Assembly (NCBI GenBank): GCA_003173855.1
Contig: PPGI01000008.1
Coordinates: 10,119 to 74,118 of the forward strand
Reading direction: 5' to 3'
DNA length: 64,000 bases
From: Candidatus Zambryskiibacteriota bacterium
GTDB lineage: Bacteria > Patescibacteriota > Minisyncoccia > Phycocordibacterales > DATDWN01
Shown here in pieces: positions 49,376 to 58,809 of the stretch. The notes beneath the pieces are model-generated. The model made no database searches, was not told the DNA's origin, and was given only the letters and a program-made list of their open reading frames with translations. Every line of letters begins with the position of its first letter. Within the stretch, counting starts at the first letter, position 1. A program made the translations under genes and the position numbers.

Positions 49376-50478
49376 TATTTTGGAGTCAAATGCTGAGTAA
49401 TGCTGTAAATTGGAGTAATAATTGATATTGCAATAAATCCAACAAGCAATCCCATAAAAATCATCAGTGCCGGTTCAATAGTATTTCCTAAATTTTTTGT
49501 AAAATCTTCAATTTCAGCTTCATAAAGTTCAGAGAGATATGCGAGTGAATTAGAAAGATTTCCGCTTCTCTCACCAACATTAATTATGTGAACCATCATA
49601 TCAGGGAAGAGACCAATTTGAGATTTAAGGTAAGTAGACATTCTTTCACCGTTAGAAACAATGATCGAAGCATTTTTTAATTCCTTTTTATAAACTAAAT
49701 TTGTATGAGTTTTTTCAGCAATTGGTAGAGCATCGCTGATAGTTACTCCGCTTTTTAATAATAAACTTAATGTTCGAGTTATATTTGTTAGATTGTAGTC
49801 GCGAATAATCTGACCTATCAGGGGAATTTTTAAAATTAATTTATCAAAATAATAGTGAACATTTTTATTTTTCTTTATTGTAACAACAATAGCTAATAAA
49901 AATATAATTAGAGCGGCGAGCAGAATAAAAATATATTTCTTTAAAAAATTGCTTATCGACATAACAATAAGAGTTGATAGAGGCAATTGGGCGTGGATGC
50001 TTTCAAAAATAGGCGTGATCTTTGGAAACAAATAAAGCATTAAAAATGCCGTGATGGCGAGTGTTGCCGCAATAACGATCGAGGGATAAATAAATGCTCC
50101 AATGATTTTTTTCTTAAGTGCTTGTTTTTTCTTTAATTCCTCTGCAAGATATTCCAAGTTTTCAGAAAGTATTCCTGTTGTTTCTCCAAAGCCGATAATA
50201 TTTATTGAAAAATCTCCAAATACTCTTCTGTACTTTAATAAGCTTGTAGCCAAAAATTGTCCATTGGAAACATCGTAAATGACAGAATCAAGAATTTTCC
50301 TGTGATTTTTCTTTTTAGTTTGTTCGCGGATTAAATGCAAGCTCTCCAACACTGGAACGCCGGCTTTAATAAGAAATGATAGACGTTTTATGAGAAAAAT
50401 TTGCTCACGAAGCGGCATTTTTCTCACAGACAAATCTTTTAGAGATGAAAGCTTTGATTTTTTCTTTTCCTCCGACAT
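49375..50478 (-). CDS. pilC: PilC/GspF platform protein
   Basis: GETTGIL, AFIYP, GERSGNL, IEPALM. Confidence 0.93.
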   Translation of the reverse strand: MSEEKKKSKLSSLKDLSVRKMPLREQIFLIKRLSFLIKAGVPVLESLHLIREQTKKKNHRKILDSVIYDVSNGQFLATSLLKYRRVFGDFSINIIGFGETTGILSENLEYLAEELKKKQALKKKIIGAFIYPSIVIAATLAITAFLMLYLFPKITPIFESIHAQLPLSTLIVMSISNFLKKYIFILLAALIIFLLAIVVTIKKNKNVHYYFDKLILKIPLIGQIIRDYNLTNITRTLSLLLKSGVTISDALPIAEKTHTNLVYKKELKNASIIVSNGERMSTYLKSQIGLFPDMMVHIINVGERSGNLSNSLAYLSELYEAEIEDFTKNLGNTIEPALMIFMGLLVGFIAISIITPIYSITQHLTPK

Positions 50479-50479
50479 T

Positions 50480-51703
50480 TTATTCGTTAATTACTCGGAG
50501 AACTTCTTCGAGAGTTGTTTGTCCGGACAAAGCTTTGCCTAAGCCATCTTCAAGCATCGTGGTCATTCCTTGTTTCGTTGCCAAGTTTTTTATTTCAGCG
50601 GCTGATGCTTTGCGTAAGATGGCTTCACGTATCACATCATTTGCTACAAGCACTTCGTTAATGCAAATTCTTCCTGAGTATCCGCTTTTGTTGCACTTAT
50701 CACAGCCCTTTCCTTTGTATAAAGTTTCGTCATTATATTTTTTCCCAAGCTGATAAAGAGTTTCTTTCATCGATTTTGTAATTTCGATTTTTTCTTTGCA
50801 GTGAGTGCAAATTTTTCGAACTAGTCTTTGGCCAATTGCAATTGAAACAGTCGAAGCGACTAAATATTCTTCTATGCCCATATCGAGCAAACGGGGAAGA
50901 GTTGTAGCGGCATCATTTGTGTGCAAAGTTGAGAGCAAAAGATGGCCTGTTAGAGCGGTATTTACGGCAATGCCTGCTGTTTCAGAGTCGCGAATTTCAC
51001 CAACCATAATAATATTTGGATCTTGTCGCAGAATTGAACGCAAGCCATTGGCAAATGACAGTCCAGTTTTGGCATTCACTTGGATTTGCTCGATATCAGA
51101 AACTGCATATTCGATAGGATCTTCGATAGTAATAATGGAAACTTCAGGAGAATTAAGCATCTTGATCAAAGTGTAAAGCGTAGTTGTCTTTCCAGAGCCA
51201 GTCGGACCTGTTGCAAGAATCATTCCGCTTGATTTTTTCATTGCTTCTAGAATTTTTTTGCGATCATTTTCTGAAAAACCGAGCATCTCGAGCGTATATT
51301 GTTCCGCTTTGTCAGACAAAAGCCTCAAAACTGCATTTTCACCATGGTAAGTTGGCACAATTGAAACACGAAGATCAACAAATGTTTTTCCATCTGGAAA
51401 AGTATGTCGGAATCTTCCATCTTGAGTAGCTTGATGCTCGTCCGTTCGAAGTTTTGAGAGAACTTTTATGCGAGAAATTATTTCGTTATGAATTGTTTTT
51501 GGAAAAGAAAATGCTTCTTGGAGTACTCCATCGATTCTAAATCGAACTCGAATGTCGTCTAGTCTTGGATCAATGTGAATGTCAGAAACATGAGTCTCGT
51601 GTGCTTTCTCAACTAAATAGTCAACCAGATTGATTATTGAAACATCTTTACCACGTGTAATTTCTTTTTCTAATTTGTCCCATTTTTCCTTAGTAGTTGT
51701 CAT
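50480..51703 (-). CDS. PilB/GspE assembly ATPase, short form
   Basis: SDIHIDP, GPTGSGKTT, EDPIE, LRQDPNIIMVGEIRD, CxxC pairs. Confidence 0.95.
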   Translation of the reverse strand: MTTTKEKWDKLEKEITRGKDVSIINLVDYLVEKAHETHVSDIHIDPRLDDIRVRFRIDGVLQEAFSFPKTIHNEIISRIKVLSKLRTDEHQATQDGRFRHTFPDGKTFVDLRVSIVPTYHGENAVLRLLSDKAEQYTLEMLGFSENDRKKILEAMKKSSGMILATGPTGSGKTTTLYTLIKMLNSPEVSIITIEDPIEYAVSDIEQIQVNAKTGLSFANGLRSILRQDPNIIMVGEIRDSETAGIAVNTALTGHLLLSTLHTNDAATTLPRLLDMGIEEYLVASTVSIAIGQRLVRKICTHCKEKIEITKSMKETLYQLGKKYNDETLYKGKGCDKCNKSGYSGRICINEVLVANDVIREAILRKASAAEIKNLATKQGMTTMLEDGLGKALSGQTTLEEVLRVINE

Positions 51704-51752
51704 ACTATTATTGGGCGTACTTTACTATACGGTTTTTAAAATAACAAGCTTA

Positions 51753-51921
51753 AATTTCTCTGGTTAGTATGTTTTGAAAAGAGACTTCGCAGGCCGAGAG
51801 CTCGGTCTTGTCAACGTCCAGCTTCGCTGGTTCATTGACAAGTCGGAGAGCCGAGAACTAGTGAGCGTAGCGCTGGCGGAGCGAAACGGTCTCTTGAAAA
51901 ATATACTAACCAGAGAAATTA
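51753..51921 (-). repeat. long hairpin repeat, family B copy 2
   Basis: Begins at the SDR stop; core matches copy 1; arms AATTTCTCTGGTTAGTAT/ATACTAACCAGAGAAATT. Confidence 0.9.
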
Positions 51922-52653
51922 TAAATTCTGTCCTTGGTCAATTGGATAAACGTAGCCGGAAGCCATTGTGATTTCTGACAAATACAAAGCAAGTTTTGCA
52001 AATTGTTCAACCGCTTCTTCATCGCTAATTCGGTATTTAAGAGGGGATTCATCGCGGATTGCCTGCCATTCAATCTTCGAAATATCTTCTGGACGAAGAA
52101 TTGGACCGGGAGCGATGGCGTTTACGAAAATTCCTTTACCTGCGAGTTCTGTGGCCAGAGCTTTGGTCATATTTGCGATCGCAGCTTTGGTTACAACGTA
52201 AGGAAGATAGCCAGAATAAATTTTACCAAGAGATGTTCTGTCAGCCACATTTATAATATGTCCGCCATTTGGCATTATTTTTGATCCAATTTGTGATGGC
52301 CAGAATGTTCCAAAAATATGTGCATCTAAATTTCTCTGCCAATCTTTCTCGCTAATGTTTTCAAATTTAACAGGAGTAAAAACTGAAGCAAGATTAATTA
52401 AAATATCAATTTTTCCAAATTTCTTTTTTATTTCACTAACAGTCTTTTCAACACTCTCGCGATTTGAGACATCGCATTGTATTGCAAGACCCTGAACTTT
52501 ATATTTTTTTGCATTTTTTACAATTTTTTCTGATTCGTGAGCAGAACTTCTATAACTTGTGACAATATTTACTCCATTTTGTGCAAGAACTTCAGCAATT
52601 CTCTGGCCAATTCGCTTTCCACCAGTAATCCAAGCAGTTTTTCCTTTGAGCAT
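51919..52653 (-). CDS. SDR oxidoreductase (pteridine reductase/FolM-like)
   Basis: TGGKRIG, NLAS, YxxxK, NAIAPG. Confidence 0.88.
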   Translation of the reverse strand: MLKGKTAWITGGKRIGQRIAEVLAQNGVNIVTSYRSSAHESEKIVKNAKKYKVQGLAIQCDVSNRESVEKTVSEIKKKFGKIDILINLASVFTPVKFENISEKDWQRNLDAHIFGTFWPSQIGSKIMPNGGHIINVADRTSLGKIYSGYLPYVVTKAAIANMTKALATELAGKGIFVNAIAPGPILRPEDISKIEWQAIRDESPLKYRISDEEAVEQFAKLALYLSEITMASGYVYPIDQGQNL

Positions 52654-52737
52654 CTATCCATATTATCTCTAATATTATTCTTTGTCGAAAATATTGATTT
52701 TTGTTTTTAAATTTGTAATATCGAGATAGGAGGCTAT

Positions 52738-52983
52738 ATGCCTGATGAAAATATTCACAAACGTTTCCTGCTTGTCTATACTTTCGGCAATCGTGAAAGG
52801 ACGGATGAAATAGACAATGCCACTCTTGAAGAAGCGAAACACAAAGCAGTTCGAATCTTGAATAATAAACATGCGGAATTGGCCGCTCATGCAACAGAGG
52901 GTACTGTTGTAGAAGTCAAAGGAGAACTATTTCAAAGAATCCAGTGTTTCAACAGTAAGGATTTTTTCCACCCACCTTTTTGA
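52738..52983 (+). CDS. small hypothetical protein
   Basis: AGGAGG SD; hairpin after stop. Confidence 0.65.
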   Translation: MPDENIHKRFLLVYTFGNRERTDEIDNATLEEAKHKAVRILNNKHAELAAHATEGTVVEVKGELFQRIQCFNSKDFFHPPF

Positions 52984-53009
52984 TAAGGCACCCATTAGGC
53001 GCCTTTCGT

Positions 53010-53576
53010 TTATCTAGATTCGCCTTCGAAATTAGGCATTACGATGCTCCACTGCATAGTTTGGGTGTTTAGTTTCAAATAAGCACTTTTACCAACTGAT
53101 GGTCTAGCAGTCATTGGTTCATCTGGTTTTCGAACAGCATAATTTACGACAATTACATTTTTTTGTATTGGATTTGGACTCAAGTTTATTGTTTGTGGAG
53201 CAATCCTGTCACCTAAAAAATATCCGTCGGAACCGATGTAACCATCAGGTGTATTTAATGCAGCGACAGCATAGTAAAATGTTCCTGAACCACCGCGATT
53301 TTGAGTAAGAAGAAAAACTACATCTTCTCTTCCATCGTTATTTAAATCTGTTTTAAAATCATTTCCAAAATAAGTCGTTACAATTTTTGTAGATGAACCA
53401 GGAGCTGCTTCACTTTCTGCATTTCCATTAATAAGTTTTACATTTACTCCATCAATTGAGTACTCAGCATTTTTATAATCAGTTATTTTTTCATAATTTA
53501 TTTGTCCACTAAATTTCGAAAGAAAATAACCTCCTATTAAAAACAAAACAATAGCTACAATAATTTTTTTATACAT
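53010..53576 (-). CDS. membrane-anchored hypothetical protein
   Basis: N-terminal TM; DLNNDGRED, GGSGTFYY, LGDRI. Confidence 0.8.
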   Translation of the reverse strand: MYKKIIVAIVLFLIGGYFLSKFSGQINYEKITDYKNAEYSIDGVNVKLINGNAESEAAPGSSTKIVTTYFGNDFKTDLNNDGREDVVFLLTQNRGGSGTFYYAVAALNTPDGYIGSDGYFLGDRIAPQTINLSPNPIQKNVIVVNYAVRKPDEPMTARPSVGKSAYLKLNTQTMQWSIVMPNFEGESR

Positions 53577-53618
53577 ATATTTATTCTACTATAGTTTTGT
53601 AAGTTAAAGGGCAGTGGC

Positions 53619-53897
53619 CTAAGCCATTGCCCTTTGTCTTACTCTGTTACCACCACGACTTGAAATTTCTGCGAGCTTCTCTGGAGTTAGCCTGGCAAAA
53701 CCTCGCCGCTTTGGATGAAGGATATCTTCGTCTTCTATTACGAGATATCTCATAGCAGCACGAAGTGATGACAAGAGGATACGGCGCTTACCCATGACTT
53801 TCACAGTTTCGAAACGTCGTGCTTTCATCAAAATATAAACACCTGTTGTGCTTATTCCCATTTTTCGGGCCGTTTCTGATTGAGTACAAGATCTCAT
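53619..53897 (-). CDS. HTH protein with C-terminal KGG-like motif
   Basis: TQSETARKMGISTTGVY; RGFARLTPEKLAEISSRGG. Confidence 0.7.
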   Translation of the reverse strand: MRSCTQSETARKMGISTTGVYILMKARRFETVKVMGKRRILLSSLRAAMRYLVIEDEDILHPKRRGFARLTPEKLAEISSRGGNRVRQRAMA

Positions 53898-54049
53898 CCA
53901 ATCTTTTTTATCTGGAAAATTTTGTATTGATTTGAAAGGTCTTCACGCTTTAGATTGCCCTTCCGTATCCATCTCCAAACAGTTGCTTCGCTGACACCTA
54001 TGTACTTCGCAAAGTTTGTTACACGTTCTGAAAATAAAGGTTCATCCAT
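53894..54049 (-). CDS. 51-aa HTH protein (not in ORF track)
   Basis: MDEPLFSERVTNFAKYIGVSEATVWRWIRKG...; AAAGGA SD; ATGA overlap with next gene. Confidence 0.7.
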   Translation of the reverse strand: MDEPLFSERVTNFAKYIGVSEATVWRWIRKGNLKREDLSNQYKIFQIKKIG

Positions 54050-54103
54050 ATGAAATCCTTTCCGAAAGTACTGTATACCTGACTTTTTATTTGGTCAAAA
54101 TTG

Positions 54104-54192
54104 CGGAGACGGATGGATTCGAACCATCGGTGCCTTTTAAGGGGCACACCTCTTTAGCAAAGAGGCACGTTAGACCACTCCGACACGTCTCC
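54104..54192 (-). tRNA. tRNA-Ser, anticodon GCU
   Basis: GGAGACG/CGTCTCC-G, CCTCT-TT GCT AA-AGAGG, long variable arm; no CCA. Confidence 0.95.
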
Positions 54193-54243
54193 AATTGTTT
54201 GTTAGATTAACATAATTTTGATGCGGGGTATACTTAATATATT

Positions 54244-54594
54244 ATGAAGATTAAATATCACATCTACGGAGCTTTGTTGGGAATAGTTGTCGGATTTATT
54301 AGTGTCCACACTTTATTTATCGGTTCGGCATGGGCAATTGTTTTCTGGGGAATTGTTGGATTGGTTCTTGGATGGTTTACGGAAAAAGAAAATGTGAGAA
54401 TAATCGGAGTGCATTATGGTTTTATGCTTGTACTCTCGTTTCTTCTTTTTGGATTTCATGGAAAAAGCGAAGTTTTTTTGAAATTTTTACTTGCTTCAAT
54501 CGGTGCAAGTATAATTGGTGGGCTTTGTGGATGGTTAAATATCTATGTTGGTAATTGGTTAAAAAATAAATTATGGAGAAAAAATATTATTTAA
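54244..54594 (+). CDS. four-TM membrane protein
   Basis: Gly-rich hydrophobic helices. Confidence 0.75.
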   Translation: MKIKYHIYGALLGIVVGFISVHTLFIGSAWAIVFWGIVGLVLGWFTEKENVRIIGVHYGFMLVLSFLLFGFHGKSEVFLKFLLASIGASIIGGLCGWLNIYVGNWLKNKLWRKNII

Positions 54595-54878
54595 TAAAAC
54601 TTATCGGTCCGCGACAAAATTTTGCTCTGACTATTACTGATTCAGAGAAAAATTTGATGATGGAGCATGGAAAATATTGGCAGGATATTATAAAAGCAGG
54701 ACATGTTGTTATTTTCGGTCCAGTCTTTGATGCAAATGATCAATGGGGAATAGTGATTGTTGAAACAGAAGATGGAAGCAAACCAAAAGAGTGGATTGAA
54801 GGCGATCCGACAATAAAATCAAATACAGGATTTAGCTACACTATTTCTCAAATTAAGGCAGGATTTGTCAGAAAGTAG
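54573..54878 (+). CDS. YciI/YCII-like protein
   Basis: EHGKYW, FGPV, DPTI. Confidence 0.75.
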   Translation: MEKKYYLIKLIGPRQNFALTITDSEKNLMMEHGKYWQDIIKAGHVVIFGPVFDANDQWGIVIVETEDGSKPKEWIEGDPTIKSNTGFSYTISQIKAGFVRK

Positions 54879-54919
54879 AGTGTTTTTCGTCTGTGATATA
54901 ATACAAAGAATAAAAAAGT

Positions 54920-55477
54920 ATGAGCGGAAAAATTAAAGACAAAGTTGGCTTAGTTATTGGAATTCTAATATTAATTGTTATTGGTGCAGCAATTTATTTT
55001 ACTCCTGTAAAAAAGCCTGGAACTTCGACACCTACACCAACTCCTTCAACTCCAACGCCGACACCAAATTTAACTGGTATTTATTATAAAAATGATAAAT
55101 ATGGATTTGCCATATCTCTTCCAGATTCTTGGAAAGGATACACAATAATTGATGATGAATGGGATGGTGATACAATCGATGCCCAAGGCCAAGTTCATAC
55201 AGGAACAATTCACGGTCCACTAATTTCAGTTCGTCATCCAGATTGGGATTACAAGGCACCACGACAAGATATTCCGATAATGGTTTTTACAATCAAGCAG
55301 TGGAACGATATGCAAGCGGATAAATTCCACATTGGTGCAGCACCTATTAACCCAAGCGAACTTGGACGAAATAAAAATTATGTTTTTGCCGTACCAGCTC
55401 GATATAACTATGCGTATCTCACTGGATACGAAGAGGTTGATCAGATTCTCAAAGGTGACAACTTTGTTGCGTTTTAA
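54920..55477 (+). CDS. membrane-anchored hypothetical protein
   Basis: TM, PT linker, YKNDKYGFAISLPDSW. Confidence 0.8.
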   Translation: MSGKIKDKVGLVIGILILIVIGAAIYFTPVKKPGTSTPTPTPSTPTPTPNLTGIYYKNDKYGFAISLPDSWKGYTIIDDEWDGDTIDAQGQVHTGTIHGPLISVRHPDWDYKAPRQDIPIMVFTIKQWNDMQADKFHIGAAPINPSELGRNKNYVFAVPARYNYAYLTGYEEVDQILKGDNFVAF

Positions 55478-55530
55478 AATTTGACCTTGTAATTTTTTCT
55501 GATAGAGTCTGATTTCAGAAAGGAGGATGC

Positions 55531-55839
55531 ATGGATTTTGTACTTTGGCTTGTTCACTTAACCGTAATTACACTTATAGTCTTCCTGATTTTGGTTTTGA
55601 TGAGAATCAAATATCCAAACTTTAAGCGATTTAAAGTGCCAGTGTTTGAAATTGGAATGGTTGATTCCTTCCTAATCATTACTAAATGGCACCTCCATTT
55701 CTTCAAAGCAACCATTATTGTAACAGCGATATTATTCCCGTTAATTTCTATATGGAAAGTAAGGAATGTGGTACTTTGTTCGAAGTACGTTATTGGATGG
55801 ATTTTGGTGTTCGTGTTTGTGGTCATGTGCCTCTCATAA
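55531..55839 (+). CDS. small membrane hypothetical protein
   Basis: TTGACC-16-TAGAGT, AAAGGAGG SD, terminal hairpin. Confidence 0.65.
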   Translation: MDFVLWLVHLTVITLIVFLILVLMRIKYPNFKRFKVPVFEIGMVDSFLIITKWHLHFFKATIIVTAILFPLISIWKVRNVVLCSKYVIGWILVFVFVVMCLS

Positions 55840-55859
55840 AAATATGCGGGGCACTTTTT

Positions 55860-56504
55860 CTAATGAGCGATTGTAAATGCAAAAACATCTCTAGCTCCTG
55901 TGTTCAATAAAGTTTTTCTTGCTTCAGAAAATGTGCTCCCCGTTGTTACAACGTCATCTATTAAAATAATATATTTTCCAGAAACTTGAGGGTTAGCTTC
56001 AAAACAGTTATGTAAATTCTTTTTTCTTTCTTCGCGAGATTCACTGTGACTTTGCCGTGGCGTTTCTTTTATTTTTTGAAACCACTGTGGAGCGTAGGTC
56101 AAAATATGTGGCAAATCACAGTTTAGGATTTCTTTAGCAATTAATTCACTTTGATTGTAACCTCGTTCACGTCTGCGCTCAGTTGTAATTGGAATTGGAA
56201 TCAAAAGAAATTGAGCATCAGATTCAAACATCAATAAATCTCCGATCAGAGCAACGATTTCTTCATAAAGTAACTGTCCAATGTGTTCAAGAAGCTTGGT
56301 GTTTCTTTGGTATTTTAATTCCCAGACTAGAGCTTTAACTCGCGAATCTTTGTATTGAAATAGTGGATGGATCCAGCGCATATCCTTGACTTCATTTGCT
56401 TTTGGCAATAAATCTATTGTCTTTTCGTCTAAATTATTGACAATAGCGAAATTTCGGCGAGGAGGAATGAGAAAATCCAAGATTTTTGTAAGAATTTCCC
56501 TCAT
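55860..56504 (-). CDS. comF: ComF family phosphoribosyltransferase-domain protein
   Basis: IPIP, RERGYNQS, ILIDDVVTTGST. Confidence 0.93.
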   Translation of the reverse strand: MREILTKILDFLIPPRRNFAIVNNLDEKTIDLLPKANEVKDMRWIHPLFQYKDSRVKALVWELKYQRNTKLLEHIGQLLYEEIVALIGDLLMFESDAQFLLIPIPITTERRRERGYNQSELIAKEILNCDLPHILTYAPQWFQKIKETPRQSHSESREERKKNLHNCFEANPQVSGKYIILIDDVVTTGSTFSEARKTLLNTGARDVFAFTIAH

Positions 56505-56568
56505 ATGTAGTTACTCTTACTTTAATCATGCTATAATATTTTACAAGTAAGAGCCGGAAGAATTTTTT

Positions 56569-57693
56569 ATGCCACCTTTTCTTTCCAATCTGTTCAAAAA
56601 AAGAGCCAAAAGCGTAATTGGAGTAGATATTGGCTCTTCCTCTATAAAAATTGTTCAACTGACTAAAAAAAGCGGTCATCCCGTACTCGAAACATACGGG
56701 GAACTTTCGCTTGGCCCTTATGCTGGTAAAGAAGTCGGGGAAGCGACTAATTTGCCAATTGAAAAAATTATTGCGGCGGTAACCGATATGCTTCGGGAGA
56801 AAGAAGTCAATATTACAACTAGAGTTGCAGGTCTTTCGATCCCATTTGCATCAAGCTTAATGGCTGTAATTGAATTGCCGGCATTGTCAGCTAAAGAAAT
56901 TTCCGATATGGTGCCGATCGAATCAAGAAAATATATTCCCGTTCCAATTTCAGAAGTGACACTGGATTGGTATCCGATTCCAAAAGATAAGTCTCCTGAT
57001 TCAGAAGCTGTGCCGATTCCTGACCCAAACTTTCCTCCGCCTGCGCCAAAACAGGAAGTGCTGATAGTTGCTTTGCACAATGATACGATCAATCAGTACA
57101 AAGATATTGTTACAAAAAGCGGACTGGAAGCTAGCTTTTTTGAAATCGAAATTTTCAGCACTATGCGATCAATTCTTGATCAAGATGTAACGCCAGTGCT
57201 TTTGATCGACATGGGAGCAACATCAACCAAGCTTTACATAGTTGAGCGGGCCATCCTGCGTAGTTCGCATATGATCAATCGCGGTTCGCAGAAAATTACA
57301 GACGAACTTTCTAAATCACTCGGCATTTCCATAACTGATGCAGAATATTTGAAACGAGAAAAAGGATTGATGGGTGAAATAAACGGAATTCCTGTACGAA
57401 ATGTAATGACAATCACATTAAATTATATTTTCTCGGAAGCCAACCAAGTTTTGCTTGCATATCAGAAAAAATACAACAAAAACGTTTCGAAAGTGCTTTT
57501 GGTTGGCGGCGGTAGTGCGCTAAAGGGAATAGTTGACGTTGCAAAGTCTATTTTTAATGTAGAAGTTCTTGCGGGAGACCCATTTGGTAAGGTTGTTGCA
57601 CCGGCTTTTTTAGAAAAAGTTCTGCGCGATACTGGACCTGAATTTGCTGTAGCAGTAGGCGTCGCCTTAAGAGTATTACAGGAGAAGGGATAG
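56569..57693 (+). CDS. pilM: type IV pilus assembly protein PilM
   Basis: GVDIGSSSIK, IDMGA, LVGGGS, FAVAVGVALR. Confidence 0.95.
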   Translation: MPPFLSNLFKKRAKSVIGVDIGSSSIKIVQLTKKSGHPVLETYGELSLGPYAGKEVGEATNLPIEKIIAAVTDMLREKEVNITTRVAGLSIPFASSLMAVIELPALSAKEISDMVPIESRKYIPVPISEVTLDWYPIPKDKSPDSEAVPIPDPNFPPPAPKQEVLIVALHNDTINQYKDIVTKSGLEASFFEIEIFSTMRSILDQDVTPVLLIDMGATSTKLYIVERAILRSSHMINRGSQKITDELSKSLGISITDAEYLKREKGLMGEINGIPVRNVMTITLNYIFSEANQVLLAYQKKYNKNVSKVLLVGGGSALKGIVDVAKSIFNVEVLAGDPFGKVVAPAFLEKVLRDTGPEFAVAVGVALRVLQEKG

Positions 57694-57811
57694 AACTTCG
57701 AAAACTTGCGCATTTCGTTGTTGCAGTTCAATTTTGCTGTTCACCTTACTACAAGTAAGGCTCACTCACAAAATTTCCTGCGCCTAGAACTGCATCCAGT
57801 TTTCGAAGTTC
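57694..57811 (+). repeat. rod-like hairpin, family A copy 4
   Basis: Follows pilM stop; AACTTCGAAAACT/AGTTTTCGAAGTT arms; apical TCACCTTAC-tacaa-GTAAGGCTC. Confidence 0.8.
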
Positions 57812-57870
57812 GAGATTGTTATGTTTGACGGAATTTTTTGGAATGGTACTATCAAGTCCGGAGGCATTCT

Positions 57871-58098
57871 ATGGAGACCAATGAAATTAAGACTCCAGTA
57901 CCAGAGGAAACAATCTGGGAAGCCACAGATCTCTGCGAAATTGGTGGGCGACAACAGGAGCCGTCAGTGAAAAAAGAAGTTACCGATTATGATGAAACCC
58001 CTCCCTCAAGATGGGTTGGGATCGTTCTCGGAACGACTATCATTTCTTTTATCGTCTTAGGCACACGCTACGCATTTTTTAAAGGTTGGATCAGCTGA
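57871..58098 (+). CDS. small hypothetical protein with C-terminal TM inserted between pilM and pilN
   Basis: TTGACG-16-TACTAT, GGAGG SD, ATG 57871. Confidence 0.7.
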   Translation: METNEIKTPVPEETIWEATDLCEIGGRQQEPSVKKEVTDYDETPPSRWVGIVLGTTIISFIVLGTRYAFFKGWIS

Positions 58099-58202
58099 CT
58101 GACTCTGCAAGAAAAAGGCCAATTTCTTGCGGGGTCTTTTTCTTTATTTTTTCCCCAACTTGCGCTGTTTTTTTAAATATAGCTGTAATATAATTAAATG
58201 GA

Positions 58203-58808
58203 ATGGAACCCAAATTCAATACATCGTTCATTCCTAAAAAACCGATTGTCGAAACTCCAGCAGTATCTGGAAAGCGTTCCGGATCTTTCAATATTCTCTC
58301 TGCTCTATCCACCCTTATTTTTATTGTTACAATCCTAGCCGCAGGAGGGCTTTTTGTATATAAAAATGTTTTAAACGGACAAATTGCTAAAGCTGAACAA
58401 GAGGTAAATGATGCAAGAGAAGCATTTCAAACTCAAAAAATCCAAGATTTACTTGATGCCAATGCCCGTATTGTTGCCACGAAAAATCTAATGAATAGCC
58501 ACGTTGCTGTTTCAGAGCTTGTGGCATTACTGCAAAATTTAACACTAAAAACTGTTAAATATACGAAACTGACATACAACAGTGAAAAAGGTGCGCCAAC
58601 CTTAAACATTGATGCCGAAGCTCGAAGTTATAATGCTCTAGCTGATCTATCTGATCAATTTTTGAAAAATGATTTTGTAAAAGGTCAAATTTTTTCTAAT
58701 TTCAATTTAGTAGACAATGGAAATGTCAAAGTAAATATTTTTGCCACACTTGACCCAAGCCTAACGTCGTATAAAAGAGCTTTGGATGTAAAAGGAGCCA
58801 CACAATAA
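58203..58808 (+). CDS. PilN-like protein
   Basis: TSFIPK, TM, coiled coil; position after pilM. Confidence 0.8.
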   Translation: MEPKFNTSFIPKKPIVETPAVSGKRSGSFNILSALSTLIFIVTILAAGGLFVYKNVLNGQIAKAEQEVNDAREAFQTQKIQDLLDANARIVATKNLMNSHVAVSELVALLQNLTLKTVKYTKLTYNSEKGAPTLNIDAEARSYNALADLSDQFLKNDFVKGQIFSNFNLVDNGNVKVNIFATLDPSLTSYKRALDVKGATQ

Positions 58809-58809
58809 C

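Noticed and set aside
51774-51971. 65-aa ORF
   Set aside because: Translation of the family B repeat, antisense to the SDR end
54016-54210. 64-aa plus-strand ORF
   Set aside because: Antisense to tRNA-Ser
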